Positions 51,425-62,268 are shown, counted from the first letter of the stretch. The stretch: 64,000 nucleotides of DNA from Eledone cirrhosa (GCA_964016885.1 OZ024741.1:386136001-386200000); one strand, 5' to 3'. The notes: generated from the letters alone by a model not told the origin. Numbers and translations are program-made.

Positions 51425-54400
51425 TAATTTACAGATACATACTCGGGCCATTCTTGCTTCTCTCACCCATCTTTCAACAAAATGCTGGGAAGAGAGCACT
51501 TCCCTCTCTACCCTGATTTTCCTTTTCAAATGAAATTTGAAAAAGTTAATCAGGGCATCACCGTCTTCAGCTCTTTCAAACGTGTCCACCATACTATCTC
51601 TTTCGCCATGGCCACCAGACAGATAAAAACTGCCTGCCCTTCCCGGCTAAAGGAAGAGGGCGGTGCAATCCTACGATGGACTCAGCTGATAGCTGGATCC
51701 GTCCTACACATGACAGCAGGTGTTCGACATAAACCCACAAGTCAGCAATGCTCGGACACTGGACGAGTGCGTGCAGGACGGTTTCGTCGCTCTGTGCGCA
51801 TCTCCATGCCTGTAGAGTTAATCCCGAACTGGCAAAGCTCCTCGGTAGCACTGCCAGGCCAGGGATTTCTGGAAGTTGTCCATAGGCCCCGGCCCGAAAG
51901 TCCTTCCGTAGAGATTGGCTAGTTGATTTTCGTCGACGCCTAGAGTTTCTCCAAGTACGTCGTCGCTCTTCCCCTCCACTAATCCTCTATAGAACGCCAA
52001 GGTGGAGTTTCCACCGATCACATTGCCCGATTGGTCGAGGGCTGTGAGCGCCTGAAGACATTCCAGTGTCCAAGTGCTCCCTCTCGGTCTTCGCTTGACC
52101 CAGGACTGCAGCTCCGTCAAGGATACGAGCTAGGGAAAGACGTGTCTAGCAAACGGCGACCACACCTGATCACCGTCGAGGAAGAGGTAGAGATGTCGTA
52201 GCCTGAGCGTGTGTCTGCGCATCATCAGCAGCGGCATGCCCAGCCCTCTACGTAGCGAGTGTTGACAGCAGATGGACCGCCTGACCATCGGAGCGCATCC
52301 CTTCCACAAAAAGCGAAAGAGCAAACGCTCCAGCGCAGTCAGGCGGGGCTTAAGACAAGGTACGACGGTCAGACGGTAGTAGATGACGGACGCAATGTAC
52401 GCGTTAGCCACCTCCGCTCGACCTTTCAGGGATAGCTTCCTCTCCGCCCATTTCTGGGTGAGAGAAGCCACCCTGCTCGTCACCTCGTCCCAGTTTTTGT
52501 CCGTCTGGAGGTCCGGACCGAACCAGACCCCTAGCAATTTAACCGTCCGTCCGTCCAGCGCCCGACGACGCTGTTGGACGGCATGGACCTGCCTCTCCAG
52601 GTGCCGAGCTGCAGGCCCACTGACTTTTCCTGGTTGATCATTGCTCCTGTCACCGCTTCGTATTCTCTTAGTGTAGTGCCGATTGCCTCGATGTGTTTGG
52701 CGTTCGACACCACTACGGTGACATCGTCCGCATATGCTGACACGGATCATCCGCATCCTAGTTCGCGCGGGACCCCCCTCAACGTCTCCAGTTTGTGCAG
52801 TAATGGCTCGAGAGTCAATACGTACAAGAGGGACGAGAGGGGACATCCTCGACGGACCGAGCGCATGATGTTGAACGGTTCCGAAAGGTGACCGTTCACT
52901 CTCACCACATAGCAGATGTCGCTGTGCATGGCAGCGATCCAGCCTCTGAAGACGGGCCCAAAGCCAGCCGCCCTCAGGACTGCCGCTAGGTAATAATGGT
53001 CGACCCTATCGAAAGCTTTCGACTGATCTAAATTGATCAAGGACCCACCCATGCCAGGTTCCCTAGCTACCCTCTCTACGATGTATCGCATGAGGTGGAG
53101 GTTGTCGGGAATGGCGCATGTCTGCGCCTCTCCCACCAGACCACCAACGACAAGCGCCAACCTCTTTGCTAGCACCTTGGCCAAAATCTTGAACTCTGTG
53201 TTTAGCAGAGTTATGGGCCTGAAATTATCTATGTTATTCCCCTTGTTCGGATCCTTTCTCAGCAGCGCCACAGCTCCTCGGCTCACAGAGCTGGGAATTC
53301 TCCCGTCCTGTTGCCAATTACAGTAGACATCCGCCAAGAGGCCTCCGAACAAGTCTGGCATCTGAACGTAAAGTTCATAGGGCAGACCATCCAAACCAGG
53401 CGATTTACCCCTTGTGCAGCCAGTCATTGCCTCCCGTACTTCAGCGGCTGTTATCGGTTTTTCGCAACACTCCGCCTCAGTGGCTGAGAGCTGCGGCAGT
53501 CCGTCAAAGTAGACACTAAAGTCCATCCCTCGATCTGGCCCGCCGCTGCTCCCGAACAGCTGTGCGAAATGTCGCTGAAAAGCTTCACACATTTACCCGG
53601 GATCGAGTAGCATGTGCCCGTCGTGGTTCACCAAAGACCGGATCGTCGCTTTGTTGCCACGACGCGCCTCCGCCACTCGGGCCCATTGAACGGCTTTTGT
53701 CCCCTCGTGTCTGAGAGCACGCACCCTAGCTCTGACAACGCAGCCTTCGTGCTTTGCATTGAAGAATTGGTCAAGGGCCAATTTCGCCGCAAGTACGTCT
53801 GTCGCGATGCCTTTCCTAAGCGCCTCGTCTAATTTTCTAACTAGTTCTCCCTTTGCTCTATTTTTTTTCTCTATTGCTAAAGCCTTACTAAACCTAATGG
53901 ACTCTATTCTAATCGCTCTTTTCAGAGCAAACCATCACTTGTTGTTGACGATGGCCCCCGTCAACGCCCGCTTAACTAGTTCGCTAATCCGGTCTCTGTA
54001 GGCCTTGCGCGCTGGTAAGGACGCGTTTAGCTTCCAGTAGCCGGGTCCTCGTCTATGAAGCCTATCTAAGTCAAGCACACATATCACGAATTTGTGGTCC
54101 GTGTAGCTGACTATCTTGAATTGTGGACAGCCTATGCTAGACCTTTCTATTTCCCTACAAAATACTCTATCTAGATATGATCTGGATGACCCTATGCGAT
54201 TTGTCCAAGTCCACATTGGCACATTCGGGAAATCCAATCGGTACCTGTCAGACAGTTCAAAACGCCTGAGCAGGTTGGTGAGGCTCTTACACCCTCCTCC
54301 CCTATCCGCTAATCCCACACAGTCCCAGCGTGCATCTAAGATCCCGTTCCAGTCGCCCACTAACACTAAAGAGCGGGACGTTCCAAGAAAGGTCTCCAGA

Positions 54401-54775
54401 CGCCGGAAGAAATCAGGCCGCCCTGCTCCTGTCGGGGCATAGACGGCCACTAGCCTGAAAGCTTGCCCGTCTCCGCTGGTCACGTCTAACACCACCAACT
54501 TACCTTCTGGTTCCAGGAAGATGGCCCGTATGGCGAGATCCAAACCTCTCCGAAAAAGAACAGCAACTCCTCCCCCCCGATCCAGGACGGCTGGGAGATG
54601 CGTACACATCGTAGCCGCCGAAGATCGGTGCGAAGGCCCATGCCTCGGAGATTCTGGTCTCGCTGATGGCCACTACATCTATGTTTAGTGACCTGAGGTC
54701 GTTTAGCAGGTGGCCCTGCTTCCATGACGACCCCAAGCCACGCGCATTTATGCTGCCTATTCTGAGGGAGGTCAT
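51425..54775 (-). pseudogene. Element 2 ORF2: APE-RT, with frameshifts and small deletions (3' boundary approximate)
   Basis: MTSLRIGSINARGL, SETR, YAP, GDWN, TDHKFV, KSPGLDGLPYE, FRPITLLN, LDQSKAFDRV, GCPLS, AYADD, CAQSDETVLHALVQC. Confidence 0.92.
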
Positions 54776-54809
54776 GTTGAAATGGAGTGGAAAAGATGGG
54801 AAAGACCAC

Positions 54810-56737
54810 TCACCTTACTTCTCGTAGAGGAAGGATGGTTTCTCCATCCTTTTCACTGCTTGTGGCCTCCTCAGGAAGGATGTCCTTATAAATCCTCCTG
54901 GAGAGTGATTGTCGGAAGTCTCCGATGACTTTGGGGAATTTTTGTTTTAGTGTCGTGTACGTTTTCTGTGTGATGCGAGTGATTTGTATGTGTGGAGGCG
55001 GTGTGAACTTTGGGGTTGTTGTGTAGTCTTTTTCTGTGATGCTGGTGTTGTGTTGGATGTAGTGTAATAATTGGGTGTTGTTCAAATTTAATGCTGTGTA
55101 GTGTGTATCGTTTTGGTTGTTTTGTTTTGTTTGCGTTTGTTGTGGGTTTGTTTCTGTTTCGCTTTTTGGTGACTTTTGTGGTGTTGGAGATGGTGGTGTT
55201 GGGGTTAATGATGGTGATGGTGTTGGTGTTTGTGGTGATGGGGTTGGTGATGCTGGTGTGGATGGTGGCATATCTGTCCTAACTTTTTTGTTTGATAGTT
55301 TATTTGTTTCCCTCTGTATTTTGTTTTTGGAGGGGGTGGGAAGAGAATGTTTTCTTTTTTGGTTTCTTTTTTTCTTTTTTCCTGATACCGTTTCCCACTC
55401 CTCATCGTCACAATCTGTCTCCAGTTGTGATAGGCCGGGGAGTGGAAAATCCTCCACAGGCGTTGGTTTTGGTTGTGGCGTGGTGGATGGTGTAGGCGCT
55501 GGTGCTAGTTCTGGCGCGTTGGGTGGTGTTGGTGTTGGTTTTGCTACTGTTGCTGGGGTTGTTGCTGTTACAGTTGCTTCTGTTGTTGCTGCTACAATTG
55601 TTGCTGCCATCTCTGCTGCTGGTGGTGTTGATGGTTGAGTCACTGGGGTGGGTAAGAGAGGTGGCCTCAACCTTTTAACCTGAGGGCAGAAAGCCCTTGG
55701 ATGGGTTCCTTCACCACAAATGACACACCTAGGCCTTCTGCCCTCTACGATTACGGTGAGGTGGCTGCCGTCAGTGAGGTCTATTACCTCTGGGATCTCC
55801 TCAATGCTTTTTTTGGTCCACTTGGATCAGGAGCTCCATCCCAGATCCGGACCAGTTCTCCTGCTTTTCTTTCGCTATTTCGATTATCTTGGTGTTGGCT
55901 TCGATGCCGGCGAGGACGGCAGCTATTAGCCAGGGAATTTCGATGGCCGGTGGAACGTGCGTCACCTTGATCTTCACGAGTCTCTGGCTACAATAGCTTG
56001 GGACGAGTGTGAAGTCGTCACTTCTTAATGTGGCCATGGAGTGTTCTCTGGCCTCCTGTGGTGTTTCAAAGAACACGTCCACGGTTCCATATTTCTGCCC
56101 ACGTCTGATGTGGGTTTTTTTTTGCCCACACATGTCCCAAAGCTTTTTGGATTTGGGACTCGGATGCCCGTTCCACTTGGCGCGATTTTATGCTAATCGT
56201 CCGATAAGACACGGTGCATAGGCGCCGATGCTCCATTTTATTAGGGGGGAGGCTGACCCTGTAACCATCTTTCTTTACCATTTGTTTGGCTTCTTCTAAT
56301 TCCTCTTGAGTTACCTGGAATGCTTCGCACTGTTTTGCTACTCTGGCAAAACTCAGGGTGGTTTTCTTAATTTCATTGTTGCTGTTGGTGTTGGTGTTAT
56401 CGTTATTTTTGTTATTGTTAATTTTAGTTTCAGTTGTGGTGGTGGTGGCGTCAGTGGTGTTCGGTGTGGAAGAGTTCATTTTGGTTGAATTCATTTCGAT
56501 ATCACGAGTTAATTTATTTTTTTCTTTTGTTTCTGTTGTCGCTGTGATGGTGGTGGGGGTGGCGGCTTTAACACCTGCAGTCATTGGTAATGGCGGGAAA
56601 TGAATGTCTGCCTGAGACAAATTTAAAATATTGCTACTGCTTATATTTTTAGTGTTGGCAAACGTAGTAATATTTACAATGGTGGTGTCGGTGTGAGGTG
56701 TTAGTTTGTGAGGAAGGTGTGACTCTGAGTCGGCCAT
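54810..56737 (-). pseudogene. Element 2 ORF1 (gag-like), frameshifted
   Basis: Thr/Asn-rich N-terminus, RGQKYGTVDVFF core, intact knuckle CVICGEGTHPRAFC at 55686-55727, Pro-rich region and a basic patch KKKKRNQKRK. Confidence 0.8.
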
Positions 56738-56956
56738 GATTTTTCAAAGAAATTTTTTTTTTGTTTGATAATTATAAAAAGTTTAAATTTTGGGCTCAAG
56801 GCCCCAATCTTTTTGAGTGTCCTTTTCAGAAATCAATGTATGTGCACTTATATACAGTTAACAATAAACATTTTTCATAAATGGCAATTTTAAACAACTG
56901 AAAATAAAAAAACCTTTGCGGAGCTCACGATGATACGATTTACTATGTAGGTCGCC

Positions 56957-56974
56957 AATAATAATAATAATAAT
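56957..56974. repeat. (AAT)6 tract at the 5' end of element 2
   Basis: Direct reading. Confidence 0.95.
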
Positions 56975-57121
56975 GAAATTATTGTGTACAGTGCTCAGGT
57001 GCACTACAACTCATCAAAGGTGCATGTATAGTACATAGAATAATGTACAAATGTCAGAAAAGTGAACAGTGTATGAGCCATGATATACATGTGAAAATGC
57101 ACAACATATTGAAACTAAAAT

Positions 57122-57568
57122 TTATTTATTCTGCGAAACATAATCTCCATTGAATTCAATAACATCTTTACAGTGCTTATGCAAAACATTTAACTCTTTC
57201 TGGAACTGTTCATTCGGCAATCGTTGAAATCAGTGCAACGATTCATCCACAACTTTTCTTTGTTTATTCCATTTCTCTGTTTATCCCAGTAATATGTGCA
57301 ATGCAACACAATGATTGTTTTGGTTCTGCATCAATGACACTTTGAATGGGTGAATAGTGGTTGTGCAAGGATGGCCAGAATGAGGAACATCAATAAGTGA
57401 TGAGCTACTGCCATTTTTGAATTGTTTCACCCAATGATAAATGGTTGAATTCGCTGGAACATTGTTAATTCCACTCTCCTTTAATTGTGCAATAATATTC
57501 GTTGCTCATTTGCCTCGTTTCCATTCAATGAAAACGTATGCTCTAAAATTTTCTTGACTTAAATCCAT
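57122..57568 (-). mobile_element. Internally deleted mariner transposase remnant
   Basis: Manual translation gives MDLSQENFRAYVFIEWKRG..., then VPANSTIYHWVKQFKNGSSSSLIDVPHSGHP (mariner HTH and RSGRP-like linker), joined to C-terminal ...HCKDVIEFNGDYVSQNK*. The catalytic core is absent. Confidence 0.75.
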
Positions 57569-57804
57569 TCGATGCGTATAACTCACAACAATGACAACAA
57601 AATAATCATGCATAGGCCTGTGACAAAATAGAGCATTCATACAGAATATCTCACGTGTACAACAAAGTTCAAATTCCAACTACATTTAACATTGTCACAT
57701 TCTTGCTTATACATTTTTGGTTTGGTTTCTACAGCTGGATTCCCTTCCTTACTTGAACCATTATCATTATATAGAATGTAGTGGGAGCATTTTAACATGC
57801 TACC

Positions 57805-57993
57805 ATGTACTTACAAAGAAAAATTGCAACATATTACACTGCACACCACAAAAGAAAGCTTGATAGGAAAATACTTGCCAACACTACATTCATACTAAAG
57901 GGTATTCCCTACAAAAATAGACAATTAATTATAGAAGCATTTCTCATAATACAACATAATGCTAAAATAAACATGCAGACAACATACACATGA
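57805..57993 (+). mobile_element. Possible Penelope-like GIY-YIG endonuclease C-terminal remnant
   Basis: HH...KIL...RQLIIEAFLIIQHNAKINMQ resembles the EA..I....P.LN motif of PLE endonucleases. Short and degenerate. Confidence 0.45.
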
Positions 57994-58035
57994 CTTAAAT
58001 AAGACAGTTATAATATATACATATGACAATCTATA

Positions 58036-58466
58036 CTGGTGGCTGTTGAAGTGTTGGCTGTAGTTGTGACCTTTATAATGTGGTGTTGGCTTTAGTTGTG
58101 TAGTAGTGGCTGTCATAATGTAGTGTTGGCTGTAGTGGTGGTTGTTATAGAGTAGTGTTGGCTGTAGTTGTGTAGTTGTGGTTGTTATAGTGTAGTGTTG
58201 GCTGTAGTGGTGGCTGTTATAGTGTAGTGTTGGCTTTAGTTGTGTAGTAGTGGCTGTCATACTGTAGTGTTGGCTGTAGTGGTGGTTGTTATAGAGTAGT
58301 GTTGGCTGTAGTTGTGTAGTGGTGGTTGTTATAGTGTAGTGTTGACTGTAGTTGTGGCTGTTATAGAGTAGTGTTGGCTGTAGTTGTGTAGTGGTGGTTG
58401 TTATAGTGTATTGTTGACTGTAGTTGTGTAGTGGTTGTTGTTATAGTGTAGTGTTGGCTGTAGTCG
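58036..58466. repeat. GT-rich minisatellite of alternating 32- and 40-bp monomers (72-bp dimer)
   Basis: The GTGTTGRC anchor recurs at 58051, 58083, 58123, 58155, 58195, 58227, 58267, 58299, 58339 and 58371. Confidence 0.9.
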
Positions 58467-58844
58467 TTTAATGGTGGTAACTATATTTACAACAGTTAAA
58501 TTAATTTAATGATGCTTTCATTAACCATTCCTTTACTAATATTATATATTAACGAGAATAAAGGGCAGTGGATTGGCAGAATTGTTAGAGCATTGGACAT
58601 ATCCCATCGAAGTAAATTTTGCCTTTCATCCTTGTCATGTACTAGGATCAATATAATTGACTTTCCCTTCCCCTCAAACTGCTAAATTATATATGGAAAT
58701 GACTGACAACTTCCCAGACCTCATGTGCTTATCATATGCGGTGGAATTTGTTAAATCAGACCAAAGAATCAATGTTTCCATTGGTCTTTTCGTTGCTGAT
58801 ACTATCAACCAGTCACACCACCTAGCAAAAAGAGCAACATGAAA

Positions 58845-58950
58845 TAAGTTTTTTGATCAAGGACATAATGCGTCGCTTGGTTCAGGAATTGAACTCGCAA
58901 CCTCACAATAGCGAATCCAATTCCTTAACCACTAAATCATGCACCTTCAC
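58845..58950 (-). mobile_element. tRNA-derived SINE head fragment
   Basis: The minus strand has A-box-like TGATTTAGTGG and B-box-like AGTTCAATTCC with SINE-like spacing. Confidence 0.55.
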
Positions 58951-58984
58951 ACATGTCTAAATTAGAAATAATTAATTAATTGTT

Positions 58985-59185
58985 TCTATTTTGGCACAAG
59001 GCCATCAATCTGAAGGGAAGGAGGGAAAGTCAATTATATCAACCGCAGTGCATTACTGGTACTCTATTTTATTGACTCTGTAAGGATGAAAGCCAGGTGG
59101 AATTTAAGCTCAGAATGTAAAGAGCCGTAACTATATGCTGCAAAGCATGTTGCCTGATGCAATAACAACTCTACCAATCAGCTAC
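58985..59185 (-). mobile_element. Degenerate SINE-like fragment
   Basis: Recognised by resemblance to common invertebrate SINE bodies; a related plus-strand head lies at ~58562-58600. Not verified by search. Confidence 0.35.
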
Positions 59186-59292
59186 TCTAATTAACGAGAA
59201 CACTACATTTACTCTTTTTGTTGTCTTAACCATCACTGTCTTCCTCCTGTTTATTTCAGCCTCTCTCTCTCTTCTTGACAACGGTATTAGAC

Positions 59293-60110
59293 ATGAGCAA
59301 GGTACTATTACGACGGCCACGTCTGCCGACTCGGAAGCCTGTAGTGGTTTACTTGACGAAAAATAATTCGAAACCTGGGGTGAAAGAACAGACCATCTCT
59401 GAATTTGCGAAGTACAAAAAACTGCCTCCACTCAGCTCTCTTCATAATGAAACAGAAAATCAACAAGTAAAAGAAAAGCAGTTACCCAGCCTTTCTAATA
59501 ATGAAGTTGAGCAGAAATTGCAAAAGTTTAAAGTAAGAGTGAAGAAATTAGAATTGGAGGAAGATTTTGACAATAGCTATAAGAAAGAACTAAAATCAAA
59601 GTCCATAAGTGATTCTGGCATTTGTAAACAGATCCCCAGTCTAATTTCCAGTTGTAATGGAGCAATGGCAAGTAGCTCTTTGCTAGCCAAACTACACGAG
59701 GAAGAAAGCAAGATACCGGAATTGATGGTTCCTGGGATCAATGCACTTATTTTACAAACATCACAAATGTCGAAGGTACCAGTTGAAAAAGCAAAATCTA
59801 TTGTTTATTCTCGAAACACTTATAAAAAAATTACTCAGCTCCTTGTTGAGAAATATATGAAACATACTATAGATCAAGAAAGAGCTCACGTAGTTCGAAT
59901 CCCAACTGAATATCTTGGTGAATATCATAGACGTGTACCACAGAGACAGCTGATTATTGAAATAGCTGCAATTCTTAAAGAACATATTAAAGAAGCTATG
60001 AATATCAACATGCAGACTGTTTTTCAATCAGTGCCTAAATACCAGTTTGGATCAAAGGAAAAACCAATCACTGAAATTATCCTTTATCAGAAGCCTGAAG
60101 ATAAAGAAAA
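59293..60110 (+). CDS. Probable first coding exon of an unidentified host gene
   Basis: Uninterrupted, non-repetitive ORF 59275-60150 with ATG at 59293. Upstream acceptor TTCCTCCTGTTTATTTCAG (AG at 59258-59259). Candidate donor AA|GTACGT at 60111. No transposon motifs recognised. Confidence 0.65.
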
Positions 60111-60310
60111 GTACGTAGAGTTTCCGTTTTATTTGTCTTACCAACAATGAAAGTGGACAATATGTTATAGTTTAATCCTTTAGTTGAGTTGATCGAAACT
60201 GTTACAATTATGATCATTCATTTTATTTGTATATTGAGGTTTACATTGTCCAACATGTTCTGTTTTATCTTGAGATGGTATAATGTGATTTGAGAGAACT
60301 TTAGCTGCTA

Positions 60311-60447
60311 CTAGACCACCCGTGACCCATTGGGTCACATTCACTTAAATATATTTGTTAAAAATCATGTTTACTTAAAAATAATTTTTAAATAATTAAA
60401 ATATACACAGACATGTATATAATGTGAAATGAAATTGGAAGGCCCAT
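60311..60447 (-). mobile_element. Helitron-like 3' terminal fragment, copy 1
   Basis: Hairpin GTGACCCA-T-TGGGTCAC (60322-60338) lies 7 nt from a terminal CTAG followed by T on the minus strand. A second copy is at 62984-63120. Confidence 0.6.
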
Positions 60448-60479
60448 GTATATATATGTGTGTGTGTATATATATGTGT

Positions 60480-61615
60480 ATGACTCCATTTTATGTCCCA
60501 AATGCAAAGTATGGGTGCATAAAAGATGTAGTGGGATCACAGGTAAGCTAACTAAGAATATAGATTTTATATATGGCCGGTGCTCTGGTGCAATAAGTAG
60601 CAGCAAGTGCCCACAAAATACTAGCTGATTCCATTGCACAGATGGTTCTATAGAAATAGTGGACACCTTCAGTGACAAAATCAGCAGTGGTGGAGGGTGC
60701 TCTGAAAGTACAGTAGCTAGAGTCAGAACTGGATGGAAAAAGTTCAGAGAGCTTATACCACTATTAGCTGCTAAAGGGTTCTCTCTAAAAATGAAAGGCA
60801 GGCTGTATGATGCCTGTATATGAACAGCAATGTTACATGGCAGTGAGACCTGGGCATTGTGTGCAGAGGATATACATAGAATGGAGAGGAAGGAAGCTTG
60901 CATGCTCCGTTGGATGTGTAATAGTAATATACGTGAACGGCAAAGCATAAAGGAACTAAGGGAAAAATTAAAAATAAGAGGGATCAGATGTTGTTTACTC
61001 GAGAGAAGACTACGTTGGTACGGTCACGTGATGCGCATGAAAGACGACAGCTGTATAAAAAAGTGCAGGGCAATAAAAATAGACGGTAGCCACGAAGTAG
61101 GCAGACCCAGAAAAACCTGGGACGACTTGATAAATTCCGACCTCACACACTTACACCTCTCCAAGACAATGTCACTGGACCGAGATCTTTGGCGCTACAC
61201 AGTAATACAGAAGACCCGCCTTGCCTAAGTACAAAGTGAAACCTACTACAGTCAGTAGGCACCTCTAACAAAAATACACCCCCGTCCCACTACCCCCACC
61301 CCATCCACACCACCCCTTTCAATGTAAAGTTATGTTGGTACCACAACATCCAGTCCGAAACAAATGAGGTCGTGTAGGTGTCACGACAAAACACACAGTC
61401 CACGCTGTAATGTGGTCGTGTAGGTAACACGGCAAAAACCTCCCAGTACACACTGTAAACGTGGTTGGTGTTAGGAAGGGCATCCAGCCGTAGAAAACCC
61501 GCCAGACAGTCCTATACGAGCAAGACAACCAATCTTGCCTCAAGTGGGAAAACTCCCGTCCAAACCCATGCAAGCGTGGAAGATGGACGTTAAACGATGA
61601 TGATGAGGATGATGT
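60480..61615 (+). mobile_element. 5'-truncated RTE-clade LINE: end of ORF, 3' UTR and (GAT)n tail
   Basis: CPKCKVWVHKRC, MLHGSETWAL, RRLRWYGHVMR and GRPRKTW motifs, with stops. Ends GGACGTTAAACGATGATGATG. Confidence 0.85.
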
Positions 61616-61782
61616 GGGTATCTGTGACCTATATACATTGGTCACAGACACACACACATATACACACACACACAAGTACACATACACGCCCCCCCCCCCC
61701 ACACACACATATGTATATATATATACATTTCCTTTTTGAATTTGTTTTGCAAGATTTCTTATCTGTAAATGTGTTTCAACAG

Positions 61783-62212
61783 ATATTGTTATACTTTGGG
61801 AGAGTCATGCTGCCAATAAAAACACATGCACCTGTTTTGTTTTCACTTTAATTTATTATCAATTTCCGGTTGGTTGGTTTGATAACCGGATGGTTGGTTA
61901 TATATTATCAAACCTCTTTTGTCACACATTCTGAGACATCCTCAGTAACTAAGTTTTTATTTTGTGTCTCTCCTTTGTTCTGTCCTTCACCATCTTGTTT
62001 TTGTGTGTAGGAAACACAAAATAAAAACCTAGTCACTGAGGAGGTCACAGAATATGTGACGAAAGAGCTTTGACAATATATAAAAAAAACCATCCAGTTA
62101 TCAAACCAACCAATCAAGGAACTAACCGGAAATTTATAATAAACTGAAGGGAAAACGAGCAGGTGCATGCGTTTTTATTGGCAGCATGACCCCCCCAAAG
62201 TATAACAATATA
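61783..62212. repeat. Fold-back element: ~190-bp imperfect inverted repeats around a ~40-bp spacer (possibly Penelope-derived)
   Basis: The left arm TATTGTTATACTTTGGGAGAGTCATGCTGCCAATAAAA... matches the reverse complement of the right arm ...TTTTATTGGCAGCATGACCCCCCAAAGTATAACAATA. Confidence 0.85.
62032..62074 (+). ncRNA. Minimal type I hammerhead-ribozyme-like motif
   Basis: GTCA-CTGAGGA-G-GTCACA/GAATA/TGTGAC-GAAA-GAGC-TT-TGAC contains the core boxes, a 6-bp stem II, a 4-bp stem I and a very short stem III. Confidence 0.5.
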
Positions 62213-62268
62213 TATATACAGACACACACACATATATAAATATACACACTTAGAAACCCTTCATGATA

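Larger units (their letters stand above)
51183..56956 (-). mobile_element. Full-length, decayed Tx1-like non-LTR retrotransposon, element 2 (~5.8 kb), a family distinct from element 1
   Basis: Same architecture as element 1. ORF2 is clearly homologous; ORF1 and the UTRs are much more diverged. The 3' end is AATAAAGAAATC(ATT)6. Confidence 0.93.

Noticed and set aside
45712-56603. Plus-strand ORFs overlapping the Tx1-like elements
   Set aside because: Antisense shadows of ORF1/ORF2 with no independent motifs.
45336-56956. The two LINEs as a simple tandem duplication or an LTR element
   Set aside because: ORF1 and the UTRs are strongly diverged and the disabling mutations differ. There are no LTRs, protease or integrase.
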